Source: Patescibacteria group bacterium
GTDB taxonomy: Bacteria > Patescibacteriota > Microgenomatia > UBA8517
Direction of reading: 5' to 3'
Assembly: GCA_035692185.1 (NCBI GenBank)
Contig: DASSIE010000010.1
Span: 2,879-66,878 of the forward strand
Length of the DNA stretch: 64,000 bases
Under the pieces are notes generated by a model. It searched no databases. It was not told the DNA's origin and saw nothing but the letters and a program-made list of their open reading frames with translations. The translations under genes and the position numbers were made by a program. Below are positions 37,659 to 47,933 of this stretch, in pieces. Position 1 is the first letter of the stretch. The number at the start of each line of letters is the position of its first letter.

Positions 37659-39818
37659 GTGAAAAAATTAATATTTCGTTTTAAAGACCAACTTTTCCTA
37701 ATTTGTTTATCATCCTCCCTAGTTTTTATATGGTTTTATAAAGGATTGATATTCGCTGGTGGAGAAGAGGGAATACCATTTTATAACCTTAACAATGCGT
37801 TTTACCTTTTTGCATATTCTTGGAGAGATTTTTCAGGTGGAATTCCAATGTCAACTGATTTAGCTAGAATTCCATTTTTTTGGATTCTTAAACTTCTAAG
37901 TAACTATTCAATACCTTCTTACTTTCTCCAAGCCGCCACCTTTTTAACGTTAATTATCGTTGGAGTTGTATCAGTATACTATTTGTTAAAAATAACTTTG
38001 GGCAACAGATTAAAATCAGGTTCACTTTTAGAACAAAGGTTATACAGTAAAGTCTCGCTTATTGGAGCTATTTTTTACCTATTAAATCCCTATTCAATGG
38101 TTCAGGTCTGGGGAAGAGGTTTGTATAACCAGTTTTTCCCCTTTGCGTTACTTCCTTTGTTTCTGGTTTTATTTATTCAGGGTGTTAAAAAGAAAAGATT
38201 TATATATGGTTTGTTGGCAGTTATTTCTTCCCTACTACTATCAGTATCGTTTGGTCAGCCTAGTTATGTTATTTCAATTTGGTTAACAATTTTTATCTAT
38301 ATAGTTTTTGAAGTATTTAAAACAAAAGATTTTGCACAGCGAAAATTTATAATTTTATACTCCTTAACAGTTTTTACGTCATGGATATTGGTGCATTCAT
38401 GGTGGATTTGGCCACTGTTTAAAACAATTAATGAAACGGTTGATAAGTTGGGTGATTTGCAATCTAATATTGGAAGTTTAAAGGGGATTAGTAAGGACTC
38501 TCCAATCTGGGTCATTATGACACTCACCCACAAATTCTTATTTGCAGGAGCTTACGGAAATATATATTCAGGACTTCCCTTTAAATTGATAAGTTTATTG
38601 GTACCAATATCTTTTTTTGTTTCATTACCACTTTTTAAAAGATTTAGTTACTTCAAATTTTATTTATGTTTATTTTTGGTATCAATTTTTATTGTTTCGG
38701 GTACAAATTTTCCATTTGGTTGGCTATTTCTTTGGTTTTTCAAGAATATTTCAATTTTTCAAGTCTTTAGGAATCCCTATGAAAAAATGGGAATTGTGTT
38801 AATGCTTGCTTGTATTCCCTTCATTTCCATTGGTCTTGTAAAAACAAGTATTTTAATACACAAATTTTATAAAAAAATTTCTGCAAAAGTATTTTTATTG
38901 ATTCTTATGTTTTTAATGTGCGGAATTTATGTTTGGCCGATGTGGACAGGTCAATTTGCAGGAGGGGTTGTTATGAGTCCATGGGCTAGTGTGCCAGTTG
39001 ATTACAAACTAGCCAATGATTGGATTAAAAGCCAGGACACAAATTCTCGAATAATTCAATTCCCATTAAACCCCGGGGACGGTGTTTTCTATACATGGCA
39101 AAATGCATATAGGGGAATTGAACCTAGCGAATTTATTTTTGATAATTCATCGATCGGAAGGAATGTGGCTATAAATAAAGTTTACTACAATGTTTTACTG
39201 GAAAGGTTTGGCGTCTTACAGAAAAACGCTTTTGGCCCAGACCCCGATATTTCTTCCTCTGAATTTCGTTCAGAAAATTTATATCAGGAATTAAACAAAC
39301 TTGATGTTAGATATATTGTTTTACATAACGATATTAATGAGAAATTAAGTGGCTTACAAAACTCAAAAGAGGTCTCCCAATATTTATCAAAGCAAAAAAA
39401 TATACAAAAGGTTAATACATTTGGTTTATTAGATATCTACGAAGTTAAAGTTCGCGATGGGGTAGATCGTATATATTCGCCAAATGTAAAGACAAATTAT
39501 CAAAAAGTTAATCCAACTTTTTACAGATTCAATGTTGAAAATTCAACTTCTAAAGCCCAGCTTAATTTTTTGGAAACATATAGCCCAAATTGGGAGTTAT
39601 TTATTGATGGTAAAGAAATCGAAACACATTCAATAGTTTTTTCTTATGCCAATTCATGGACTATCAACAGAACTGGTACCTATTCAGGGTACATTAAATA
39701 CAAAACTCAAGATTATGTTACTGAGGGTGGAAAAATTAGCATTGTAACTTTAATCGTGTTAATAATAATGATTGTGGTTTTAGTTTTGAAAAAGAGAATA
39801 AAAAAAGAACAATGGTAA
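37659..39818 (+). CDS. AftD/YfhO-like large GT-C membrane glycosyltransferase
   Basis: GGEEG loop, FYLLNPY, FRNPYEK, RIIQFP, extracellular domain ending YANSW plus C-terminal TM. GTG start at 37659 after TATAAT (37641-46). Confidence 0.7.
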   Translation: MKKLIFRFKDQLFLICLSSSLVFIWFYKGLIFAGGEEGIPFYNLNNAFYLFAYSWRDFSGGIPMSTDLARIPFFWILKLLSNYSIPSYFLQAATFLTLIIVGVVSVYYLLKITLGNRLKSGSLLEQRLYSKVSLIGAIFYLLNPYSMVQVWGRGLYNQFFPFALLPLFLVLFIQGVKKKRFIYGLLAVISSLLLSVSFGQPSYVISIWLTIFIYIVFEVFKTKDFAQRKFIILYSLTVFTSWILVHSWWIWPLFKTINETVDKLGDLQSNIGSLKGISKDSPIWVIMTLTHKFLFAGAYGNIYSGLPFKLISLLVPISFFVSLPLFKRFSYFKFYLCLFLVSIFIVSGTNFPFGWLFLWFFKNISIFQVFRNPYEKMGIVLMLACIPFISIGLVKTSILIHKFYKKISAKVFLLILMFLMCGIYVWPMWTGQFAGGVVMSPWASVPVDYKLANDWIKSQDTNSRIIQFPLNPGDGVFYTWQNAYRGIEPSEFIFDNSSIGRNVAINKVYYNVLLERFGVLQKNAFGPDPDISSSEFRSENLYQELNKLDVRYIVLHNDINEKLSGLQNSKEVSQYLSKQKNIQKVNTFGLLDIYEVKVRDGVDRIYSPNVKTNYQKVNPTFYRFNVENSTSKAQLNFLETYSPNWELFIDGKEIETHSIVFSYANSWTINRTGTYSGYIKYKTQDYVTEGGKISIVTLIVLIIMIVVLVLKKRIKKEQW

Positions 39819-41002
39819 ATATAAAAATTTTCGCATTAGCGGCATTGGGAAAAGGACTATCAGGAAGTGACAGAATCTTTATAGAATTTGCTAGACGTTG
39901 GCAAAAGAATGGGAACATAATTATTTACGTTAATGAAGAAGGCAGGGAGATGTGTAGAAGACAAAATCTTCAAGAAAGTCAGGGTTTAAAATATGTTATA
40001 TGGAAAACACCAAAGAAGGCAAAATCACAGTTTTTAATTACCTATTTTTATAGAGTTTTTCGCTCGATCTTTGAGTCATTTAAAACTAAATTAGTAAATA
40101 GTCCAGAGACTATTCTCTATTCAGCTTCTGAGTTTTGGATGGATAGCTTGCCAGCTTTTATTTTGAAAATTCGTTACCCTAAAGTTATTTGGGCAGCTTC
40201 ATGGTATCAAACTGCTCCGAATCCATTAGTTGGGTTTGCTGAAGGTAAGAGGGAGAAAGCATATAATTTTAGTGCCTTTTTGTATTTTTTTGCTCAACTT
40301 CCAGTAAAGCCATTAGTAGCTAATTTTTCTGATTGTGTTCTAGTCAATAACGAAGAAGAAAGAAAAAAACAATTCCCAAGGTTAAATAAACTTGGAAGGG
40401 CAATAGTTGTTATCGGTGCAATCGATTTAGAGGGCATAAGAAAGTGGATAAAGTCTCATGGTAAAAGTAAAAAAACTTATGACGCGGTTTTTCAAGGAAG
40501 GTTTCATCCTCAAAAAGGAGTTGTTGAATTAATTGAAATATGGAAAAAAGTAGTCACAATAAAACCAAATTCTAAATTAGCCATGATTGGAGATGGGCCA
40601 TTAATGGGTGATGTCAAAGAGAAAATTCGAAATCTAAAATTAAGCAAAAATATAAAACTATTCGGATATGTTTTTGATGGAGATGAAAAGTACAATATTT
40701 TTTCAAAAAGTAAAATTGTAGTCCACCCTGCCTTTTATGATAGTGGTGGAATGGCTTCGGCTGAAGCCATGGCTTTTGAACTGCCATGTATAGGTTTTGA
40801 TTTAGAATCGTATCGCTCCTACTACCCAAAAGGAATGATAAAAGTTAAAATTGGTGACTTAAAAAAATTTGCGGAGACAATTTTAGACACTTTAGATAAT
40901 AGTCAAAAAAGGAATCGTGTTGGAAAAGAAGCCCTCACAATGATTAGGAAAAATTGGTCTTGGGACAAAAGAGCGAGCGAGGTTTTAGAATTAATAAAAT
41001 AG
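39812..41002 (+). CDS. GT4 glycosyltransferase
   Basis: SGSDRIF, GRFHPQKG, DSGGMASAEAM, WSWD. Confidence 0.85.
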   Translation: MVNIKIFALAALGKGLSGSDRIFIEFARRWQKNGNIIIYVNEEGREMCRRQNLQESQGLKYVIWKTPKKAKSQFLITYFYRVFRSIFESFKTKLVNSPETILYSASEFWMDSLPAFILKIRYPKVIWAASWYQTAPNPLVGFAEGKREKAYNFSAFLYFFAQLPVKPLVANFSDCVLVNNEEERKKQFPRLNKLGRAIVVIGAIDLEGIRKWIKSHGKSKKTYDAVFQGRFHPQKGVVELIEIWKKVVTIKPNSKLAMIGDGPLMGDVKEKIRNLKLSKNIKLFGYVFDGDEKYNIFSKSKIVVHPAFYDSGGMASAEAMAFELPCIGFDLESYRSYYPKGMIKVKIGDLKKFAETILDTLDNSQKRNRVGKEALTMIRKNWSWDKRASEVLELIK

Positions 41003-41005
41003 ATT

Positions 41006-41884
41006 ATGAATAAATCAAAATTTTTAAGATCGGCAATAGTTAGCAAAAAGCCATTGTTGGCTCAAATTTTATTAAACCCTGTTGTTTCTTTCGTCTACTT
41101 CGTCATTTCTAGGTCTGCAAGATTGTTGAGTGTGCCAGTTTACAAAAAAGCAAAAACTTTTTGGGGCCAAAGTATGGAAGGAATTATAACCGACCCCAAC
41201 TTCTCCTTTATTTATCTTTTTGGTTTTTCGGATGAAGGCTTAACCCAGATGATTATGAAGTACCTCAAAACTGGTATGACATTTGTGGATATTGGAGCAC
41301 ATATTGGTTATGAAACTTTGTTGTCGTCTAAAATAGTTGGCAGTGAAGGTAAAGTTTTTTCTTTTGAACCAACTCCAAATACGTATAATTTGCTTTACAA
41401 GAATACTAGAGAGTTAAAAAACGTTGTAATTAATAATATGGCCGTTTGGTCAAAAAATAGCATTTTAAAACTTTTTGATTTTGGGCTTTCATATTCGGGA
41501 CTAAATAGTTTTTTTAAACCTCGTGTTTCAAAAAAAATATCACAGAGTTTAAAACCGGAAAGTATTAGTGTTCCGGCAATTTCTATTGATGATTACGCCA
41601 AACTTTACAGTGTAAAACCAGACTTTATAAAGATTGATGCTGAGTCTGCAGAATATGATATTATTGTCGGTATGACAAAAACTATCACTGATTTAAAACC
41701 AATTATCGTCCTTGAAATAGGAGATGTTTCAGAAGAGTTTGGTAAAACAAAAAAATGTGTTAAATATTTAAAGAATTTTGGTTATAAAGTTCTTGAATAT
41801 AATGCCGGAATAATTCAGGAGCACATAATTCGTGATAGCTATCTTGGTGTTTATGACAATCTTCTATTTTTACCACTAAAATGA
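41006..41884 (+). CDS. FkbM-family methyltransferase
   Basis: FVDIGAHIG, FSFEP, IKIDAESAE. Confidence 0.9.
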   Translation: MNKSKFLRSAIVSKKPLLAQILLNPVVSFVYFVISRSARLLSVPVYKKAKTFWGQSMEGIITDPNFSFIYLFGFSDEGLTQMIMKYLKTGMTFVDIGAHIGYETLLSSKIVGSEGKVFSFEPTPNTYNLLYKNTRELKNVVINNMAVWSKNSILKLFDFGLSYSGLNSFFKPRVSKKISQSLKPESISVPAISIDDYAKLYSVKPDFIKIDAESAEYDIIVGMTKTITDLKPIIVLEIGDVSEEFGKTKKCVKYLKNFGYKVLEYNAGIIQEHIIRDSYLGVYDNLLFLPLK

Positions 41885-43479
41885 AAAAGGAAAAACTTGT
41901 TTCTGTAATTATTGTTACTAGAGATAGAAAAAAAGATTTGTTAGAGTGCCTTAATTCCTACGTTAAATCTTCATACAAAAATATTGAAATAATTGTAATT
42001 GACAATGCAAGTCGGCCACCGGTTCTTACTTGGTTACCAAAGAAATTTAAAAATGTAAATTTGATTACCAGGGATACAAATGTTGGAGCCGCCGAAGGAA
42101 GAAATATTGGAATTGAAAATGCCAAAGGTGAATATCTAATTTTTACAGATGATGACGCATATGCAGGCCGTGATATGGTTAAAAATTTGATTGATGTGTT
42201 TGCTAAGCAAAAAAAAGCAGGAATTGTTCAGCCTTTAATATACGACAAAAACAAAAAGAATTTTCTTCAGGGTGCAGGTCACGATGTAAATTTATTGACT
42301 GGAAGAATTAGAGCTTGGGGAGTTCAGGAGAAAGATATGGGCCAATATGATGGAATTCGCGAGGTCCCGCTTTGCGGATGCGTTTGGATGGTTAAAAGAA
42401 ATGTAATTGAAAAAATCGGCAACTATGATGAAGATTATTTTATACCATATGAAGATTCAGATTTTTCGATGAGGGCAAGAGAAGCCGGGTTTAAATTGTA
42501 TTGTTATTCAAAAGCTAAAAGTTGGCATCAAGGAATTAAAAAAACATTTGTTCACCCTAGAATTGAGTGGTTGGGTATTACTTCAAAAGAAAGAGCATTC
42601 AGAGTAGCAAAAAATAAAATGATCTTTATGCGAAAACATTCCCCTTTTCCTCAAAATATATTTTTCTTTTTAATCATGTTACCTGCATATATCCTAGTTC
42701 ACTCCGCCATAATAATATCCTCAGGAAGATTTGATGTTTTGTGGCAGTACTTTTTAGGGATATTGTCTGGAATCTTATATATATTATTTTACCCATTTTT
42801 TGGACTCCGGAAGGTTTATAAAGACATTGACAAAAAACTAACATCATCAAAATTGTTTCTGATGGCTTGGACCGAACCAATAGGATGGCTTATCAATAAA
42901 AATGCAAAAACAATACTTGATGTTGGTTGTGGAGAAGGACTTCCAATGCGTTTTATTAAAATTAGAATGAAACCAAAGCACACAGTTGGGGTAGATTTAT
43001 TCGAGCCATATATAGAAGAGTCTCGAAAGAAGAAAATCCACAATGAATACGTCCTTTCGGATATAAGAAAGCTTCCATTTAAAAATAAGTCTTTTGATGT
43101 CGTGATATCTTTACAAGTTTTAGAACACCTTACCAAGAAAGAAGCCTGGTCAGTGCTCGAAAAAATGGAAAAAATTGCAAAGAAACAAGTGATTGTTGCG
43201 ACTCCGGTCGGTGAGATGTATCATCCTGCAGTGGACAGTAATCCACTCCAGATGCATCAATCGGATTTCCAGGCAAAGGATTTTGAGGATCGAGGTTACA
43301 AGACTTTGCAATTCGGCAGAAAAAGTCTTTTTGGTGAAGAAGGCATTGTTCATAAAGTGAAGAATGACTTTTTGAGAAAATTAATATATTTTGTTAATAT
43401 TCTTTTGACACCATTTTTTTATGCAATACCATCTATAAATGATTACCATATTTACGCTGTAAAAGATTTAACTAAATAA
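41881..43479 (+). CDS. GT2 glycosyltransferase fused via TM hairpin to class I SAM methyltransferase
   Basis: N-terminal IDNAS, FTDDD, YEDSD; hydrophobic linker; C-terminal ILDVGCGEG, FDVV..QVLEH. Confidence 0.85.
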   Translation: MKKEKLVSVIIVTRDRKKDLLECLNSYVKSSYKNIEIIVIDNASRPPVLTWLPKKFKNVNLITRDTNVGAAEGRNIGIENAKGEYLIFTDDDAYAGRDMVKNLIDVFAKQKKAGIVQPLIYDKNKKNFLQGAGHDVNLLTGRIRAWGVQEKDMGQYDGIREVPLCGCVWMVKRNVIEKIGNYDEDYFIPYEDSDFSMRAREAGFKLYCYSKAKSWHQGIKKTFVHPRIEWLGITSKERAFRVAKNKMIFMRKHSPFPQNIFFFLIMLPAYILVHSAIIISSGRFDVLWQYFLGILSGILYILFYPFFGLRKVYKDIDKKLTSSKLFLMAWTEPIGWLINKNAKTILDVGCGEGLPMRFIKIRMKPKHTVGVDLFEPYIEESRKKKIHNEYVLSDIRKLPFKNKSFDVVISLQVLEHLTKKEAWSVLEKMEKIAKKQVIVATPVGEMYHPAVDSNPLQMHQSDFQAKDFEDRGYKTLQFGRKSLFGEEGIVHKVKNDFLRKLIYFVNILLTPFFYAIPSINDYHIYAVKDLTK

Positions 43480-43480
43480 T

Positions 43481-44194
43481 ATGTTTAAAAAATTTGTTAG
43501 GAACGTTGTCAAGGTTGTTTATCATGCAATGCAAAAGACATCGATTGGAAGAGTAATCGAGGAAGAATTTGAAATGTTTGCCTATTCTGGTACAGGGTCC
43601 AGGCATTTTGAATACCCGTTTGCCATATCTGAGGTTCTTAAAAAGAAAAGCAAAATAAAAACAATTCTTGATGCTGGAAGTTATGGTTCACTTTTACCAC
43701 TTATCCTTGCCAGTATGGGATTTAAAGTTACAGGTGCTGATATCAATTTTTGGGAAGTTAAATTTCCGAACTTTTCTGCAGCAAAGGTTGACTTAAAAAA
43801 GATCCAATATAAAACTAGATCCTTTGATTGTGTAACCGCAGTATCCACTATTGAGCATGTAGGACTACCACGTTTTCGTGAAGAGATTGATGAGAATGGA
43901 GACATTGATGCAATGACAGAGCTTGTCCGAGTTTTAAAAAAGGGTGGGCCTCTTGTTTTAACTGTGCCATATGCACCAAAATACAGGGTGTGGTCTAATA
44001 AAGGACGTTTTTATGATTCAAAAAGATTGGCACTTCTAACTGAAGGGATAAAGATTACAAAGAAGGAATTTTTTGGACCATTGGGTTCAGGTGGGCACAA
44101 TTTTGGATCTTGGACCGAAAAACAAGCAAATACAAAGAAATTTAAGCGAGAAGGTGATCACTGTGTAGTTTGTTTAGTCGGTGTAAAGATATGA
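43481..44194 (+). CDS. SAM-dependent methyltransferase (DUF268-like)
   Basis: RHFEYPF, ILDAGSYG, STIEHVGL, VLKKGG..LTVPY. Confidence 0.8.
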   Translation: MFKKFVRNVVKVVYHAMQKTSIGRVIEEEFEMFAYSGTGSRHFEYPFAISEVLKKKSKIKTILDAGSYGSLLPLILASMGFKVTGADINFWEVKFPNFSAAKVDLKKIQYKTRSFDCVTAVSTIEHVGLPRFREEIDENGDIDAMTELVRVLKKGGPLVLTVPYAPKYRVWSNKGRFYDSKRLALLTEGIKITKKEFFGPLGSGGHNFGSWTEKQANTKKFKREGDHCVVCLVGVKI

Positions 44195-47100
44195 TTAATG
44201 AAAAGAGAAACTTTTTTTTTAATCCCTTCATAATTTTTGTTGTAATATCTACAATTTTGACGCTAATTTGGTTTAAAGATGGGTCTATCCTTGGTGGTGG
44301 TGAGGTAGGGGCCCCTTTTTATAATTTGACCAGAATGTATGAAATGAGCAATATGGCGTGGTCTGATAGGGGTTTAGGCAAGTCCACTGGTTTTAGTGTT
44401 GGCGGGGCAGCATATTATGCCTTTTTTAATTTCTTCCAAAATATTGGAGTTCAAGGCTATATTCTTCAGGCATCCTTCTTTTTTATCTGTTTGCTTTTAA
44501 CACTTATCTCTTCTTATTTATTAATGAGGGAAGTTTTGCCCAAATTAGGAAAAGCAAGTTACTTGTATGCTTCTTTGTTTTATCTTGTTAATCCATATTC
44601 GCTCGTTAACATCTGGAACAGATTTCTTCCGAATCAAATAATATTTTATGCATTTTTACCACTCGGTATTTGGCTTTTTATTTATGGATTAAGGACAAAA
44701 AAATATTATTTCGCGATTTTAAATATGATTTTAACCGCAGTGTTTTCAGTTGCTTTTATAGGTCCTGCGCAGACTCTAATTTTTTGGGGATTAATGTTTT
44801 TAGTTGGTCTCTATTATTTTATATTTGAAAAGAAGGATAAATTTGTGTTTCTTTATTTTATATTAAACGTATTATTGTGGCTTATTTTTAATTCATTTTG
44901 GGTTATACAACAAATTTCTTTCAGATTTTCTCAAACTTATACAACAGTAAGTAATTTGTTTTTTACATCAGTTGGAAATTTTGAAACTTTTAACTCATTA
45001 AGTAGGCAATTGGGAAAATTATCAAATCTTTTTTTACTGCAACACGGACCATTTTTTGAAGATACTTTTGGGTTTCAATATAATTGGCCAGCTGTTTACA
45101 ACCATCCAATATTCCTTATTTGCCAATGGGCATTCATAATATATGTATTATCCATTGCGATCAAAAATATTAAGTCGTATTGGATTAACTTTTTCTTCTT
45201 AGTATTCCTAATAGGTATTTTTATTTCGAAAGGAAATTCTCAACCTCTCGGGGAAGTTGTTGATTTTTTATTCAAAAGAATATCATTCTTAGAGTTTTTT
45301 AGAAATCCATTCGAAAAAGCTGGAGTTCTGATTGCATTTGGATTAACACCTCTGGTTGGTCTTGGATATTCTAAAATATCTCAGTATGCAAACAGTTTAA
45401 GACGATCAGCAAAGTTATTTATTTTGTATATTCCTTGGGTTTATATAACCATTTTAGGTTTTCCGTTTTGGACTGGATTTGTCTTTACTAACGGCTATTC
45501 TCCAAGTAACAATATAAATATTGGATACCAAGTTGTCCCGCCGGATTATTATTTATCAGCAGACAACTATCTTTCTGAGCAACCTGGGTTATTTAGATTT
45601 ATGTCATTGCCTATTGGTGGGGAAGGAATTTACAATAATTGGCTTAAAGGTTATGTTGGCGTCGAGCAGTCTGGGGTTTTGTTTTCAACTCCCAGTTTGT
45701 CATACGACACCACAATACCATTGTATAGTGGAGTAGTTTCCAAAATTGAAGAATTGTTTATACGCTACCCAGATTTTTACAGGTTAGCAGGAATGCTAAA
45801 CCTTAAATATCTTGTTTTTAGATCAGATTTTGATTATGTTCGTTCGGGTATGCGGGATCCGAATGTTATAGAACAACTTTTGGCAAAAAGAATTTTGGAT
45901 CCCAATTCGAAAATATCATTTGATTCAAATTTTTTACCACTTAAAATTTTTAAATTTGCCCAAGATATAACACTGCCTAAAATATATGCTGCAAACAAGA
46001 ATATAAATAGCGATCTTGCGGGATCATTAGAAGATGCACTAATTGTTCAAAATGAACCAAGAGATGTAATCAGCAATTACAATAATCCAAATTTGGATGA
46101 TAGAACTTATGCAAACATTTCCCATAGTCAGACCTTTTTTAATTTGGGAGAAAAATATCCGACGTACTCCGAGGATTATTATATTTTTCCATACGTAAGC
46201 GTTCTACCTAGTTCATATAAATATAAGTTAGTTTTGATAAAAGAAAAACTTCAAAGAATATTGATGCTAAATAATACAGACAGAGTTTCATTCGATATTC
46301 TTTTATTGGGCAAAAGACTTAAAGAGGCTGAATTGTCGTTAAGCACAAATGATTTTAAGTCCGCCCATATCTCTTTGGACGGTTACAATTCAACCATGCC
46401 GCAGGTTGTAAAAGAAATAAGTCAGATGTCCGGACTTAAACAACCAGATGAGAGAACTTGGAAAGAAGGTGAGATGTTTACTATATTTAGTAGCCACATA
46501 TTTTTACTTAATAAATTTGAAACCAACGAAATTAACAAAGATGGATATGTTAGTAAAATTAAATCAAACTTGGTTGAAGAGACTTCACTGGCGAAGATTT
46601 TGCCAAGATTTAGTCCTATCGGGGATAACAATTTTTCAACTTCAAACAGATTAGTTTATCAATGGAAAACAGATAAAGAAGGAATTTATGAGATGTTAAT
46701 TCCTAAAACTACTTTATTTCCAAGTAAGTTTAACATCCCAAAGATGTTGGAAATTCAGTTAGATGACCATATAAAGAGTGTTTACGTCCAAGACACAAAG
46801 GAAGGTATATCACTTGGTGTTCAAATATTAACTAAGGGATTACATGAAATTCAGATTGTCTCTCCAGCGTCGAGCAATATGCTCAGTGACAACTTTGGTT
46901 ATTCACTAGATGTTTCATCTGGATCAACTGAGCAAAAACTGTTGTTTCCTAAGTTTGACCCATACTCGCAATATGTCATTAACTTTGATTATAAAATATT
47001 TTATGGGGCTGGTTTAAATTTCGCGATAAAGGCAAATACAGATCAAGTCGATCGAAAAACAAACGAACAGCGGTATTCATTCAGTAAAGGTTTATCGTCA

Positions 47101-47715
47101 GATGGATACTGGTACGACAATAAACATTTCTCCGGCATTTTTAAACCTTCGTCAAAGTCTGATTCCGCAGAAGTTATATTTTCAACCTCAGTCTGGAATA
47201 ATTGTAACGAGGTTTATTTAAATATTTCAAAAAAATGTTTAGACCCAGAAACAAGAAAAAAGTTTGATAGGCCTACCAAAATCGAAATCAAAGATATAAA
47301 TATTTCTCCACTTATTCCACAACAATTATTTCTGATATCTAAAAATGATACAAATAAAAAAGTAGAGATACCCGAAATTGAATTTAATAGACTTAACTTT
47401 ACGAAGTATCGTGTAACGGTTAAAGGAGCAAAATCCCCCTACTTATTAGTTTTATCTGATCTTTATGACTCCGGATGGGCGGTGTATTCTGATAACATAG
47501 AGTTAGATACTAAAAATCATTTTTTGGTTAATGGTTATGCAAATGCCTGGTGGATAGATAAAAATGGTGACTACAATTTAGATATTGTTTATAAGCCTCA
47601 ACAAGTGCTTAGCATTGGATATAAAATATCGTTTATTGCCATTTCACTATCGTCAGTATTTTTGATCCTTGTTACTATTAAAAATTATCTAAAGCGATTC
47701 AAAAACAAGATATGA
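44191..47715 (+). CDS. Very large AftD/YfhO-like GT-C protein with helical (DUF5667-like) and beta-sandwich inserts
   Basis: GGGEVG loop, FYLVNPY, FRNPFEK, FRFMSLP, LPKIY, NGYANAW plus C-terminal TM. Start ATG 44191 overlaps the upstream TGA. Confidence 0.7.
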   Translation: MINEKRNFFFNPFIIFVVISTILTLIWFKDGSILGGGEVGAPFYNLTRMYEMSNMAWSDRGLGKSTGFSVGGAAYYAFFNFFQNIGVQGYILQASFFFICLLLTLISSYLLMREVLPKLGKASYLYASLFYLVNPYSLVNIWNRFLPNQIIFYAFLPLGIWLFIYGLRTKKYYFAILNMILTAVFSVAFIGPAQTLIFWGLMFLVGLYYFIFEKKDKFVFLYFILNVLLWLIFNSFWVIQQISFRFSQTYTTVSNLFFTSVGNFETFNSLSRQLGKLSNLFLLQHGPFFEDTFGFQYNWPAVYNHPIFLICQWAFIIYVLSIAIKNIKSYWINFFFLVFLIGIFISKGNSQPLGEVVDFLFKRISFLEFFRNPFEKAGVLIAFGLTPLVGLGYSKISQYANSLRRSAKLFILYIPWVYITILGFPFWTGFVFTNGYSPSNNINIGYQVVPPDYYLSADNYLSEQPGLFRFMSLPIGGEGIYNNWLKGYVGVEQSGVLFSTPSLSYDTTIPLYSGVVSKIEELFIRYPDFYRLAGMLNLKYLVFRSDFDYVRSGMRDPNVIEQLLAKRILDPNSKISFDSNFLPLKIFKFAQDITLPKIYAANKNINSDLAGSLEDALIVQNEPRDVISNYNNPNLDDRTYANISHSQTFFNLGEKYPTYSEDYYIFPYVSVLPSSYKYKLVLIKEKLQRILMLNNTDRVSFDILLLGKRLKEAELSLSTNDFKSAHISLDGYNSTMPQVVKEISQMSGLKQPDERTWKEGEMFTIFSSHIFLLNKFETNEINKDGYVSKIKSNLVEETSLAKILPRFSPIGDNNFSTSNRLVYQWKTDKEGIYEMLIPKTTLFPSKFNIPKMLEIQLDDHIKSVYVQDTKEGISLGVQILTKGLHEIQIVSPASSNMLSDNFGYSLDVSSGSTEQKLLFPKFDPYSQYVINFDYKIFYGAGLNFAIKANTDQVDRKTNEQRYSFSKGLSSDGYWYDNKHFSGIFKPSSKSDSAEVIFSTSVWNNCNEVYLNISKKCLDPETRKKFDRPTKIEIKDINISPLIPQQLFLISKNDTNKKVEIPEIEFNRLNFTKYRVTVKGAKSPYLLVLSDLYDSGWAVYSDNIELDTKNHFLVNGYANAWWIDKNGDYNLDIVYKPQQVLSIGYKISFIAISLSSVFLILVTIKNYLKRFKNKI

Positions 47716-47933
47716 TTTATTGGATTTTATTAATAATTATTATTATTTTTACAAAATATAAAGTTGCTAGTGGGACTCTCTTTCAAGCAGGTTTAATAAT
47801 GATGCTAGTTGGAGCTTTTTTTGATATTTTTAAACTAACTGATATTTCAGAAATGTTGTTAAGTGCGGCATTAATTCTTTGGGTTGTTGGAATTGTCGGA
47901 ACCTGTATAGATCTATATAAACATAAATTATGA
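47712..47933 (+). CDS. Small hydrophobic membrane protein (73 aa)
   Basis: ATGA overlaps at both ends; 2-3 hydrophobic segments. Confidence 0.7.
   Translation: MIYWILLIIIIIFTKYKVASGTLFQAGLIMMLVGAFFDIFKLTDISEMLLSAALILWVVGIVGTCIDLYKHKL

Noticed and set aside
44212-44220. T9 tract near the 5' end of the 1174-aa gene (and T8/A8 tracts elsewhere) as phase-variation sites
   Set aside because: Such runs are expected in AT-rich, Phe/Lys-rich genes; all are in frame and none is a long G/C tract.
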